A stretch of DNA of 64,000 nucleotides from Lingula anatina (GCA_051362555.1 CM120640.1:7750001-7814000), one strand, 5' to 3'; numbered from the stretch's first letter, positions 36,001 to 48,891 are shown. Made by a program: numbers and translations. The notes: generated by a model from the letters alone, not told the origin.

Positions 36001-39000
36001 CTGAAAACTGTCTCTAATTCGGGAACCGTTAATGCTAGAGACCCATTCTTTTTTGCATTTTGTAGAGCATGTAAAGCCCAACACTGGAGGTGGTCTCGGT
36101 TTTTTTGTATTCCATACGGTTTTCGAGTTACGCTGTATCAAAAAGTACATATTGGTGGTGAAAGGAAAATGTACGGAAGCCCACTGGTGCCATATGTAGA
36201 AAAAAAAATTATCTCGAAATTTCGAGATACTATTTTGAAATTTGAACAAAAAAATTTACCACCAGCGTTAGCGCTGGCGGTACACATGGTTTCGGTCCCG
36301 TCCGGTCCGTTCCGCCGGCTCCGCCGCCATGTTACCGTTACCGCTTCTCCTCTTAGACGGTAAGGGCCCCCGTACCCATCTCATGGATTTAGGTCACCTA
36401 TAATCTCAACTCGTTCCACGTAAAATTTGGGCTTTGTCGGTATTGGGGTCTGGGTGTGGCACTCATTGCAATGCACCCTTGTCTAAAAATGGCAAAATTA
36501 AATGCTAATTATCTACCCTACAGAAGGAGTTACGGGAAAAATTTCTATAGACGGCTTTCCAAAAGTCATATGTGTAGATTTCAAATATACCCTCGGATTT
36601 GACCTTTGACCTTTACTTCAAGGTCAAATGGGTCAAAATTTTCAAAAAAATGAAATTTTTTACGAAAAAAAATTTTTTTGCCCTGTTATTCAGACGCCAC
36701 ACAGACTTAACCAATAATATTATTGGAAAGTGTTACCCTTCAGGTCATCTTTCATCTCCGTGAATTTGGGGTCAATCGGTGCATTTTCACAGGAGTAGCG
36801 GCCATAAGATACCGAAACTGAAAACTGTCTCTAATTCGGGAACCGTTAATGCTAGAGACCCATTCTTTTTTGCATTTTGTAGAGCATGTAAAGCCCAACA
36901 CTGGAAGTGGTCTCGGTTTTTTTGTATTCCATACGGTTTTCGAGTTACGCTGTATCAGAAAGTACATATTGGTGGTGAAAGGAAAATGTACGGAAGCCGA
37001 CTGGTGCCATATGTAGAAAAAAAAATTATCTCGAAATTTCGAGATACTATTTTGAAATTTGAACAAAAAAAATTTTTATCTCGAAATTTCGAGATAGCAT
37101 TTTGAAATTTGAACAAAAAAAAAATTATCTCGAAATTTCGAGATAGCATTTTGATATTTGAGCAAAAAAATTTATCTCGAAATTTCGAGATAGTATTTTG
37201 AAATTTGAACAAAAAAAATGCTATCTCGAAATTTCGAGATAATTTTTTTTTTTCAACATATGGCACCAGTCGGCTTCCGTAAAAATGTGCAGTACGGTAA
37301 TGGATAATAAATTTTGAACTCCGGAAAAATAAAACATAATGCTTGGCAAAGCAGACAACTTGTGGTCAAAAATGACATTATTTTATCAAATTTAAACTTC
37401 TGCAACTTCAGAGAACCTCCCATTTCAAGAACTTTGACCAAAATGACCTTTTCTTTATTTTAATTAATTTTTTCTGTAGGAAATTTATGGCACATTATGG
37501 TAACTCCAAAATTATAACATTTAGTCCCTTATATCTCCAAAACTGGCAGAGATAGGTCCATAGTTACTATTGAAGTTGAATAGGAAGTCATATACTGGCA
37601 ATCTTACTGTGACCTTGACATTGACCTTTGACCTACTTTTCACCATGAACTGAACTTTGCAAATTTTGCTTCCCTTTTATCTCCAAAACTGGCAGAGATA
37701 GGTCCATAGTTACTATTGAAGTTGAATAGGAAGTCATATACTGGCAATCTTACTGTGACCTTGAAATTGACCTTTGACCTACTTATCACCATGAACTGAA
37801 CTTTGCAAATTTTGCTTCCCTTTTATCTCCAAAACTGGCAGAGATAGGTCCATAGTTACTATTGAACTTGAATAGGAAGTCATATACTGGCAATTTTACT
37901 GTGACCTTGAAATTGACCTTTGACCTACTTTTCACCTTGAACTGAACTTTGCAAAATTTGCTTCCCTTTTATCTCCAAAACTGGCAGAGATAGGTCCATA
38001 GTTACTATTGAACTTGCATAGGAAGTCATATACTGGCAATTTTACTGTGACCTTGAAATTGACCTTTGACCTTCTTTTCACCATGAACTGAACTTTGCAA
38101 ATTTTGCTTCCCTTTTATCTCCAAAACTGGCAGAGATAGGTCCATAGTTACTATTGAAGTTGAATAGGAAGTCATATACTGGCAATCTGAATGTGACCTT
38201 GAAATTGACCTTTGACCTACTTTTCACCATGAACTGAACTTTGCAAATTTTGCTTCCCTTTTATCTCCAAAACTGGCAGAGATAGGTCCATAGTTACTAT
38301 TGAAGTTGAATAGGAAGTCATATACTGGCAATCTTACTGTGACCTTGAAATTGACCTTTGACCTACTTATCACCATGAACTGAACTTTGCAAATTTTGCT
38401 TCCCTTTTATCTCCAAAACTGGCAGAGATAGGTCCATAGTTACTATTGAACTTGAATAGGAAGTCATATACTGGCAATTTTACTGTGACCTTGAAATTGA
38501 CCTTTGACCTACTTTTCACCTTGAACTGAACTTTGCAAAATTTGCTTCCCTTTTATCTCCAAAACTGGCAGAGATAGGTCCATAGTTACTATTGAACTTG
38601 CATAGGAAGTCATATACTGGCAATTTTACTGTGACCTTGAAATTGACCTTTGACCTTCTTTTCACCATGAACTGAACTTTGCAAATTTTGCTTCCCTTTT
38701 ATCTCCAAAACTGGCAGAGATAGGTCCATAGTTACTATTGAAGTTGAATAGGAAGTCATATACTGGCAATCTAAATGTGACCTTGAAATTGACCTTTGAC
38801 CTACTTATCACCATGAACTGAACTTTGCAAATTTTGCTTCCCTTTTATCTCCAAAACTGGCAGAGATAGGTCCATAGTTACTATTGAACTTGAATAGGAA
38901 GTCATATACTGGCAATTTTACTGTGACCTTGAAATTGACCTTTGACCTACTTTTCACCTTGAACTGAACTTTGCAAAATTTGCTTCCCTTTTATCTCCAA

Positions 39001-42000
39001 AACTGGCAGAGATAGGTCCATAGTTACTATTGAACTTGCATAGGAAGTCATATACTGGCAATTTTACTGTGACCTTGAAATTGACCTTTGACCTTCTTTT
39101 CACCATGAACTGAACTTTGCAAATTTTGCTTCCCTTTTATCTCCAAAACTGGCAGAGATAGGTCCATAGTTACTATTGAAGTTGAATAGGAAGTCATATA
39201 CTGGCAATCTGAATGTGACCTTGAAATTGACCTTTGACCTACTTTTCACCATGAACTGAACTTTGCAAATTTTGCTTCCCTTTTATCTCCAAAACTGGCA
39301 GAGATAGGTCCATAGTTACTATTGAAGTTGAATAGGAAGTCATATACTGGCAATCTTACTGTGACCTTGAAATTGACCTTTGACCTACTTATCACCATGA
39401 ACTGAACTTTGCAAATTTTGCTTCCCTTTTATCTCCAAAACTGGCAGAGATAGGTCCATAGTTACTATTGAACTTGAATAGGAAGTCATATACTGGCAAT
39501 TTTACTGTGACCTTGAAATTGACCTTTGACCTACTTTTCACCTTGAACTGAACTTTGCAAAATTTGCTTCCCTTTTATCTCCAAAACTGGCAGAGATAGG
39601 TCCATAGTTACTATTGAACTTGCATAGGAAGTCATATACTGGCAATTTTACTGTGACCTTGAAATTGACCTTTGACCTTCTTTTCACCATGAACTGAACT
39701 TTGCAAATTTTGCTTCCCTTTTATCTCCAAAACTGGCAGAGATAGGTCCATAGTTACTATTGAAGTTGAATAGGAAGTCATATACTGGCAATCTAAATGT
39801 GACCTTGAAATTGACCTTTGACCTACTTTTCACCATGAACTGAACTTTGCAAATTTTGCTTCCCTTTTATCTCCAAAACTGGCAGAGATAGGTCCATAGT
39901 TACTATTGAAGTTGAATAGGAAGTCATATACTGGCAATCTTACTGTGACCTTGAAATTGACCTTTGACCTACTTTTCACCATGAACTGAACTTTGCAAAT
40001 TTTGCTTCCCTTTTATCTCCAAAACTGGCAGAGATAGGTCCATAGTTACTATTGAAGTTGGATAGGAAGTCATATACTGGCAATTTACTGTGACCTTGAA
40101 ATTGACCTTTGACCTACCTTACAATGAACTTAACTTTGATTGCACCATTTTTAGTTATATATATTTTTTGCATATTTTGAAAATTCTTGTTGATTGCATT
40201 TTTACAGCTTGTCAAGCACAAGACTGGTGGCTGCACCCCTTATTTTGTGTATGTGGGGGTCTATACGAATGCGCTTGCTCCAGCTGGTGGTACAATATTC
40301 GGAGGCGGTATCGCCTCTCTGATCCTCTAGTATTTATTGAGTGAAGTGAACCTAGTTTGTGCCGCCCCCCCCCCCCCCCGCCCCCCCAAATTTGGCAAAT
40401 TACTGATTCACCAGTCCTGTGCTTCTTTATACACAGATCTAGAAAGAAACCTGTATTGCCCTCTTTAATCATGTAATTTATATTGAGAAAGTGAGAGGCA
40501 AATCAGAGAAATGAAAAAAAAAAACTAGTCTTACCCCTTACTGCCATGGTACTCAACTGGGAAGTCGGCTTGATAACTTTGTTAGTTCGCAATGTCTTCC
40601 TTAAAAGGTTTTGAACCCTGATCCCTGCATCATTCAACTGAATCAAAAAAAGAGAATTGATTAAATTACATTGGGTGATTAAAAAAGAAAAGAACCCAAA
40701 CTTTAGAAGTATTAAGTATAGAGAAGATAGAATTATAATGTCCTAATTAAATCTAATGGTACAAATTGTAACAAAGTTGCTTTCATTTTTACAATTTGTT
40801 AACAGCACTGATACCCCAAGTAAAAAATGCTGTCCAGCGTATTTAGGCTACCCGCTCATATTGACTGATACAGTGGAAAACTATCATCAGAAGAAGAGGG
40901 GGGGGGGGCACAATTCACTACTAGTACCAGTATCTGACTAAGTGGCTGGATAAAACGTTGAGGCATATACGGTTTTCCGTAGTAGTAGTAGTAGTAGTAT
41001 CACATTCAACAAGCAGAAAAGCACTCCGACTGAGCAACTTTCACCAAGACAAATAATTAAGTCATAATTAATTTATTAATTTATGGATCATCACCAAAGT
41101 TTGATCCTTTCTTCCTTAGAACATATCTGAACTATCCTGAAAATTTAATGAAATTGGCCCCTTCTAATCCTGAAAATTTTATTATTAGTTGATTAATGAA
41201 TTAATCAATGGACCGTCACCAAAATCTAAGCATTTCTTTCTTGGCCCATTTGTGACCTATCCTGTAAATAACATCAAAATGTGTACATTATTAATTGACA
41301 AATTAATTTCTTAATTAATCAATGGATCATCACTTTTAAAAATGTAATCAATCCTCCTTGGGCCATCTGTACCATATCCCGAAAATTTTATCAAAATCTG
41401 TTCCTTACTAATGATGTACACAGACAAACTCACAAACCCACTAACGATAACAAATATACATAACCACGGCACCGGCAAATTGTCGTAGGTAATAATACTA
41501 TTCAGCTGCAACAGAAAACATTACCTGGAAATCATTACCAAGCCCCCCTGCCAGATTTGTGTAATTCTTCCTCATATTTTCGTCATCGTGCCACAGCCAT
41601 ATTATGATTCCTTCCACCGCATGGTGACTGTACAGGTACGTCAGCACATCTGTATAGTAGTCTCCTCTGTCGTTTATATCGACAGCCGGTGTGTCCAGCT
41701 CCGTGATCCAAACTGGGAGACCAGTCGTGGCTAGTTTGTCAAGGTTTACCTTGGGATACAATGAAAAATAATTGAAAATCGTGTCTTTAATCAAATCAAA
41801 ACATGTGTCGGTTTGCAATATGGAAAAATCAGTTTTGTTGCAAGGAATTCCTGAAACATAAATGTTAAAAGAAGGAATCTGTCGTACATTTTTCAATGCA
41901 TGGAAATCATCACAAGTGAGGCTGGTGAGATATTTTCAATACCTTAATCCTTAGAATGTCTGGGTATCCAGTGTTTTTAAGATGGCCTTGTGTTCCAATA

Positions 42001-45000
42001 CCATACAGAGGAAGACCTTTAGCCTTGTATTGCTCTGCCATGTCAACAAGGGCCTGGAAATTCAGGAAATAAGTCAGTGGCATATATCATCATAAACTAA
42101 ACAAGAGCTTTCTGGACAGTGAAGCCCAGAAATCCGTGTGTTTTAGTGGACAATAACACACTAAAATGACCATGGGTCTACACTTACTAGAAAAAATTTT
42201 AAATATCTTTTTAAAAGTCCAAACAAATGGCCTCTATTAAATTACTCGAGATCATACCAAATGTTGATTTTTGTACTTACGTCCGTAGAAGCTCCTCCGT
42301 TTATTACGTTAAACTCGTTAAAAAACAGTTTCACGTCAGAGTCAATGACAGAGATATTCTGAAACATTTTCTCTGTAAGGAACCTGTCTCCAGTTTTTTG
42401 TTCGTACCAGTCTCCGTGTCCAGCGATGAATTCATTGTTTACATCCCAGTGGGCCAATCTATGTATACGAAATGTTTTCCATAAAAGTTAAAAATGTTAA
42501 AAGGCAGAGAATTTTTTTTAAGAATCAATTATTTTCTCCAAATGAGACACCTTATGAACACTTTAGTGTTCAACAATATTTTCACCATAAAATAAACTAA
42601 GCATCATGACACAATTCCAAATAAGGTGAATAGAACCTACGTCTGATTGCATATAAAATAGTTAACTTAAAAATGTCTCGAGAAAAATGTAACTATTAAC
42701 AAGAGTGAAATCTAAACGCTTACCTCCCTTTAAATGCCTGAACGACCCCCTTTAACCGGTCGTCCACATGTTTTTTAACTTCTTCTGCTGACTTGTCTTT
42801 CAGCCACTCTGGAACATTTTTCGGAACACCCCAAAAAACATTGTGTCCTCGTATTTCTTTGCTGGAAGAGTTCAGAAAAAGTTAGCCACACCAATTAGTG
42901 GAACTAAGATATTCATAATCATCATCGATGAAATCTAATGACAACACTGTAATGTCAATGTCTTCCATTTAAATAGAGAAAAATGTAAGAAAATGTATGT
43001 AAGACATTTATTGAAATAACACTACTATCAGTCCAGTACCTCGATCAAACGATATCAGATATTCATCCTTACCCCTTTTCCACAAGCCAATCAACCGTTT
43101 GATTGGGTTTTTCGTAGTCCAGCAAATCCTTGCAATAAAAAAAAAAATCACTGTATATAGTGACCGATTGCAGAATTGAACATTTGCTTTTGGTAATTTT
43201 CGTTAAAATTGTTTCAATTTTAACAGACTATATTTTTTAACTTCTTTTTCGTACCTCTTCCCGTTGCATTAACCTCCATTTCAAAGCGTTGGCTATCGTG
43301 ATCCACTCAAACGTCTCGCTCACAAATTCACGGTACTTATTGTCGTTTTCATCAAGAATCCTGTCTGCCTTGACCATTGCCCCGATTGGAAATTTGCTTC
43401 TTACTTGATCTACCTGCAAGTGAAAATGACCTCCAAATTTTTAAGAAAAAAAAAATTTTGTTTAGTTTTTTTTCGTTGTTAATAAAGATATCATTATGAT
43501 TAACTTGTATGCAGGCTGCTGGATTAGTTGCCTTATAAAACTAGGTGTTGTCAATGGGTAGCCATGGCATATCCTCGCACCCAGGGGCTCCATCTCCAAT
43601 GTCACAGTCTGGGTAATGTTTATTGATAATAAACATCAGCAATTTTTTCTTGTGTGGCTATTTAATTTAAGTATCGATGAAATTATTTTTATGTGAAAAG
43701 ATAGTATCATAAAACCCCACGGACAGTCCCATCCCCAGTCAAACTATAATTCCTAAGGACCCATGCAGCACGATGCATTCCTGATGACAGGTCTATCAAT
43801 CCCCGTCGATTCAACTTCCTCACCCAAATCTTTGGCAAATAAAACGGACCTGCGGACGTGCAAAAGTATCCACGGATGGGCGGGATAACATGATAACAAG
43901 AAAAATCCTAATCTTACCCTCACTTCTACGTCACTTAATTCGTATTCATCTCCTATGAACACTCTGAAAACAAAATAAATGAATAAATAAATATTCAACA
44001 AATTCTTATGAATATTTTTAATACAATATTTGGAAGCTTCTTCGTATCGGGAAACGAAAAGAAGTGTACAATAATTTCCTATTTTACGACCACATTGTCT
44101 ACTACAATTGATTTCATGTAATAAAAGCCTTACTCGAGGTTAATATCAGCCATTCTGATTTGCTGAATTGTTTCGTTAGCTTCTTCTTTCCAATTATCAC
44201 TCATTTCTGGAATTAACTTCAGAGAGACGCTGTCAAGTAAGAAGGACACTGACGGGCCCGGGCCTTTGAAATAGATTTTTAAGTCATCTATGTCTGAAAG
44301 GATGGATTAAAAAGTTCAGTTATCACTTTAAGTATAAAATCATAGTTCATTAATTGACGTAACGGTGCATTGTTTTATACATGGACGGGAAAGAAGAAAT
44401 TGATTTTCACATCACAGAGCTAGACAGAATTTATTTGTCTGTCTTTTCTTGCACACATGGGTAAATATGGCATTAATTTACACAACTATTTATACCGAGG
44501 TTTAGTGACAAATGACCGACTTTACCTTTCTCAGGTGCCCTGAACACGCCTCCAAGTTTCTTCCAACCTTCTGCCGTTGTCATATAAGGGCCATTGCCGA
44601 TTTTTCTACTTTCTTTTGTTCCTTTAAATCAGAAAATGGTTGCACAATTAAGAGATAAAAATGCAAGCGTTGTCTATGTAATGTATTGCAATAGCAAACG
44701 CAATGAACGTCACAACTAACACACTTGTATCTGTACATGAACGATGTGATCAGATGACCAGTTGCATTAATAACAACTTACCATCTGTGTAGGCGATCTT
44801 TGTAAACAGCTCTAATCTAGTATGAACCGACCCCTCTTCGTCAGTCAGCAGCTTGACATAGGATTCGGCCCCATAGAAAGCATTCCTAGTAACATTTACT
44901 GTTTGATGTGGTCCAGCACTTTCATCTGTCCTGTGTTAGCATTTAAAAAATATACAGAATAAACGGGTGGCAATAAACCGCACGGCATTGATCCGATACT

Positions 45001-45869
45001 GAAATAAATATAGCGCTAGACATGCCACACAAGTCCTTCTTACGAAAATTCGAGTTCGCATACAGCCTTTTTTTTTTTTTTTTTTTTTTTTTAGGTTCCT
45101 CTCGTCTGGCTGGGCGTAGCTAGATCGCAGGGAACGAATCAAGTAATTGGTGATTGCAAGGAGTGCGCTTGAAGAAAATGCGTGAAAAGTACGTGAGAAG
45201 CACAAGCTCCGCACGTCAGAGGTATCTGCTGCGCCTGACGGGATTTTGCAAGTGTCCCGCGTGCCCCGTGCATTCTAAGTACAAGCATCGTGCACTACGT
45301 ACGTTATCCGTACTAAGAGTACGAGCAACGCAAGGGAAACGCAAGGGCAACGCAAGTGAACATAGGGCAGTCTTGCTGACTTCCTACGGTTGTTGCTCGT
45401 CCTTTGCATGCGAGTATTGCGTGTTGAGATGTTTTTGGGAGGGTTAAAGAACAGTGCATGTTTAAGGAGATCAATATATCCGCAGCACTGGTCAAAGATG
45501 TTGTCTTTTAAAGCATTTTTCAAACTAGAAATCCGAGGCTGAAAAGGATGCTTTTTCGTGCAAGCTCCTCCTTTTAAACCCACGGTCCATGCTCAAGGAG
45601 TGACCACTACTCACTCAACATGCACGAGCTCCGGTGGTCTACACGGTGGGCGCGTGGAAGTGTGGAGTGAGCACGGAGTGAGCAAGAAATAAGTACGTGT
45701 ATCGTGTGCCTTAACCACGTGCATCGCACGAATCGTAGCCACCCAATCGCAGTGGGGAAAAAAGAATTTACTCGCGTGTCCCGTACGACAGGCAAACGTG
45801 TTCCATTTTTTATTTTATTTTATTTTTATTTTATTTTATTTTATTTTATTTTATTTTTATTATTATTAT

Positions 45870-45907
<38 letters not shown>

Positions 45908-48665
45908 AGATTTCGTAGACCGCACGCAGCGGCTGTTGATCATGTCGAAAATTTTCCACGTGGTGTCTACGCGGTGTCTAAAAGCCGCACGATGGACGCG
46001 CTCCTCACGCACGAAATCCCAAGTTTTCCCCATTTTTTTGGTCCGTAGATCACACGTAGCAGCCGTACGTTGGGTTGTGCCCCAGGCTTAAGTACATACG
46101 GAGGATGTTGGACATGTCTAGGAAATTCTACGAATTCTTGGCGAACAGCGAAACGCAAGTGTAACTTGCTCACCTCGCAAGGAGTTTGCAAGGAGTTAGC
46201 AATTAAGATGTGCGATTTTTAAGGTACCATGGGGAAAAAAGCGTGATCTCAGACGCACGTCGCAAGCAATGAAGGAGCTTGTGCCCTTGCGTGTTGAATA
46301 CGGCGCACACCCTCTCAACTTGCGAACAAAATCTAACGCACGGAGGGAGTGCGTCACAAGTGCGACACCCCCACTAAAATCATCTAGATCAACAAGTTTC
46401 TTTACATATTCAACGCCTTACACGCACTTTATCCTAAGAAATACGGAAATAATAATCGCAAGCAATCGCAACAGCTGACGCTCTTAGTGTTATGGCATAT
46501 GTCTTTCAGGTGACGGTGTATCATCTCACACGAACGAAGCCAGTTTCTGTATTTAACGACTAGTCAGCCAAGCTGGCAAATACACATGAAGATACACTTA
46601 GACATCTAGTCCTAACTAATCGCACATGCTGATTTTTTAATTTGGCCTGCCTTTTAATCAATTAAATTTTAAGTTAAACAAACAAGATTCGCATAAACAT
46701 TGCGATATACTGTATATGAAAAAATATTCGTGAAAACAAACCGATGATGGTGACTTTCATAATCAACCTGTCGTTTTTATCATATGAAGCTCCTTACTGA
46801 ATCTTAAGTAAAACAAAAATACGATTTCTCACTTACGAGGCGAACGACGCATTCATGAATAAAAATCAGTAAAAATTCAATAACCTTTGTAAAAACAATC
46901 CGATCATGCTGATTTTTGCACTGATTCCTGCATTCTACATTTTATTGAGTAAATTAAAGGAAAACAAATTACCTTTTGGCAGTTATAAGGTGAACAAATG
47001 TGTAAGACAGAGGAAAGGGACGGCGACAGTGAAGGCAAATGGACAGAAACAAGTTATCAGAACATTTACTTAAAATTAAACTGACTCTTTCGAGTTAAAT
47101 TTCTCACTACCAGCGCTCTCGCATTTATTATTACCTCCGCCAAGGAAGTTATGATTTCACCCCTGTCTGTCTTTCTGTCTGTTTGTCATCAACATAACTC
47201 CAAAAGTTATGGACCGGTTTTGATGAAATTTTCAGGGCAGGTGGGAAATGGGTTAACTTAGCAGTGATTAGTTTTTGGTGGTGATCCGGATCAATAATCA
47301 ATCAATAATCAATAATAATAAAAAATCGCTGCCTTGGCGGAGGTCTGCGTTCTCGGAGTGCTTTTCTAGTTGTAGTAAGGGTTAATACGCCGCTTTCACA
47401 TTTATCGCCTACTATGCGGATGTAATATATCTGTTTCGGTTTTGGCAAGTTCTTCACATTTTCATTTTTCACAAGGGCATAGGCCTAACATAACTGATCA
47501 TTAATATTAAATATTAAATGCTGGCATATAGTAATCACGAAGTGGTATAAGCAGAAACGCAGTTGTAAACAAAAACATACAGTAGTTGACAGTCTACTTG
47601 TCAGTCTCAGTGCAAAAATACTTAGTAAAAATTAAAAATTCTATAGACCTCGTGTCAAAGATTGCAAGTTAATGACTTCTCCTTTCGGTATTACTTAAAG
47701 TAGCCTCTATTAAATTACCCTGTCATTCAGGGCCCCGTAACATGTCGCTTTCAGCAGATATTTCACATGCACTGTCTCCCAGTGACATAACCCTCTTTAC
47801 GTCTTTTGGTCAATTTATACGTTTATAATTTTCCATCCTTGATTGCTTCTTATACAGGTTTTGGGTTTGTAAAGTCACTTAGGCAGGTACTAAGCTTTTC
47901 TAATAAAAGCCAATGCTCAGTATTCAGTAGTGGATATTACAGTTGTTTAGGCCTACTTATTGGCTCACACTTATGGATATTATAATACTAATGAATTTTG
48001 TATGACTACATTTATGTAGAACTTATAATTACTTTGTTTCGAATAAAAATGTTCTCTATGCAGTATATACACAGCTATACGATCACTCTATCATCATAGA
48101 GACACTGCGGAGGCACTGCAAATCTAACTATTAAACCGCGTGGTATAGTTTTAACCAAATTTACAAATAGGCGTTTAAAGCTAAAAACAGTTCTATGTCA
48201 TTTAAGGATGTCTTTTTAAAGATCCTAGAACCCCATGTTATTTACGGTTCTGCGAGAAAAATACAAGGGCCACAGATTGATTTTTCACTAGATATTCACA
48301 GATGTCTTTAGATAAAGAGACGGCCATTCTGTTCTCTGAGAAATGAGGAAAGTGTGCCTATAATATCTGCCATCCTGCTAGAGGGTACGAGAAAAACAAG
48401 TATACGTGTTTTTAATTAAAAAGAAAAAGCTAACAATTTTTCTGTCTACACAATGTTTAAGCTACATCAAATGCACATACCTGTTTTCCACTTTCAATGC
48501 ATATATTCCTCCGTGACTGTCTTGTGCACGTGCCATGTCGCAATTTGTACAGTCCCAAAACGCCGTGTACCCTTCCTCTTCGAATCCGCCATGCTGTATG
48601 AGTTCTTCAGCAAAAATATATGCATGCATAAAAACTAACACAACTAATGTACGAACAATTGTCAT
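33050..48665 (-). CDS. Secreted GH10 glycoside hydrolase (xylanase/cellulase-like) with N-terminal CBM4/9-like module and C-terminal PCSK9-like triple Cys-rich domain; paralogue A, 17 exons, about 812 aa
   Basis: Exons 48665-48481, 44930-44782, 44621-44526, 44293-44134, 43963-43918, 43413-43255, 43128-43073, 42861-42724, 42458-42281, 42053-41943, 41749-41525, 40637-40535, 35155-34932, 34681-34453, 34106-34011, 33555-33379, 33156-33050 join in frame (2439 nt), all GT-AG. Signal peptide MTIVRTLVVLVFMHAYIFA; CBM-like ELIQHGGFE...YALKVENR; GH10 motifs NALKW, IRGHNVFW, HWDVNNE (acid/base), LFFNEFN, GIGTQGH, VWITELD (nucleophile). Confidence 0.93.
33708..33916. mobile_element. Decayed CAG-terminus MITE
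   Basis: Imperfect TIRs CAGGACCAGATCCAG / CTACATCCGCCACTG with G-run and C-run subterminal motifs, similar in layout to the 16967 family. Confidence 0.5.
35422..37070 (+). repeat. Tandem duplication (about 830 bp x2) of the HINE 5' segment
   Basis: 35422-36256 and 36257-37070 are nearly identical, both starting TACCACCAGCGTTAGCGCTGGCGGTACACATGG. Confidence 0.93.
36991..37279. mobile_element. Nested TA-flanked MITE with internal palindromic minisatellite
   Basis: TIRs CGGAAGCCGACTGGTGCCATATGT / ACATATGGCACCAGTCGGCTTCCG, TA on both sides. The interior has five copies of the perfect palindrome ATCTCGAAATTTCGAGAT spaced about 50 bp apart. Confidence 0.8.
37533..40118 (+). repeat. Satellite array, 146-bp monomer x about 17.7
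   Basis: ATCTCCAAAACTGGCAGAGATAGGTCC recurs at 37533, 37679, 37825, 37971 ... 40015 with an exact period of 146. Monomers differ at only about 7 diagnostic positions. Confidence 0.98.
41028..41497 (-). mobile_element. Older, diverged HINE-like element with internal subrepeats
   Basis: Begins AGAAAAGCACTCCGA and ends GTAGGTAATAATA like 19210-19446. Repeated GGATCATCACCAAA / TATCCTGAAAATTT blocks and an ACAGACAAAC remnant. Confidence 0.55.
45023..46497. mobile_element. CpG-rich insertion, probable non-autonomous DNA transposon
   Basis: Sharp rise in GC/CpG against the AT-rich intron, repeated short motifs (GCAAGGAGT, GTCTAC[AG]CGGTG, CGCAAG), weak terminal similarity TGCCACACAAG / CTTAGTGTTATGGCA, no credible ORF. 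Family not established. Confidence 0.4.
47128..47371 (+). mobile_element. Short HINE / Helentron-associated element, same family as 19210-19446
   Basis: TTATTACCTCCGCCAAGG, (TGTC)n, GGTGGTGATCCGGATCAATAATCAATC, CCTTGGCGGAGGTCTGCG-TCTCGGAGTGCTTTTCTAGTT. Confidence 0.82.
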
Positions 48666-48891
48666 GTTTTCAGCTTTGAATGGGAGCACAATTCTAGTAA
48701 CTGTGTAGCTCAGAGCTTGAGTGAGAGTTACATGTATATTTTATTCTTTAATACACGCAGAGAGAGAGGAGTGATTACTTACGTTGTGATATCCTGATCC
48801 CGATTTGTGATTGGCTAACTCGGGGAGAGGGGAAGGCTGAGGCGTAGAGAGTGATTTCACGACAATTGGCCGATTTAGAATTTTGCTGAAA

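Larger units (their letters stand above)
35414..40332 (+). mobile_element. 4.9-kb HINE / Helentron-associated non-autonomous element carrying a satellite array, in intron 12 of GH10 paralogue A
   Basis: Subterminal inverted repeat TATTGTACCACCAGC (35417-35431) / GCTGGTGGTACAATA (40283-40297), (CCGGCTCCG)n minisatellite near the 5' end, 3' hairpin GAGGCG-GTAT-CGCCTC (40302-40317) and CTAG end, T-rich flanks. The orthologous intron of paralogue B is only about 160 bp. Confidence 0.82.

Noticed and set aside
35685-37441. Duplicated 100-130 aa ORFs on both strands
   Set aside because: They arise from the duplicated HINE segment and palindromic minisatellite, with no recognisable domain or splice context.
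37533-40118. Possible CRISPR-like array
   Set aside because: The whole 146-bp unit repeats with no unique spacers, there are no cas genes, and the context is a eukaryotic intron. It is a satellite.
40365-40387. Long C/G homopolymers (also about 59449-59471 and 63574-63588) as G-quadruplex elements
   Set aside because: Simple homopolymer runs, prone to length error, with no supporting context.
44936-46478. Cluster of short ORFs / possible CpG-island promoter
   Set aside because: The ORFs follow from high GC and poly-T runs, with no protein motifs. Better explained as an inserted repeat in intron 1.
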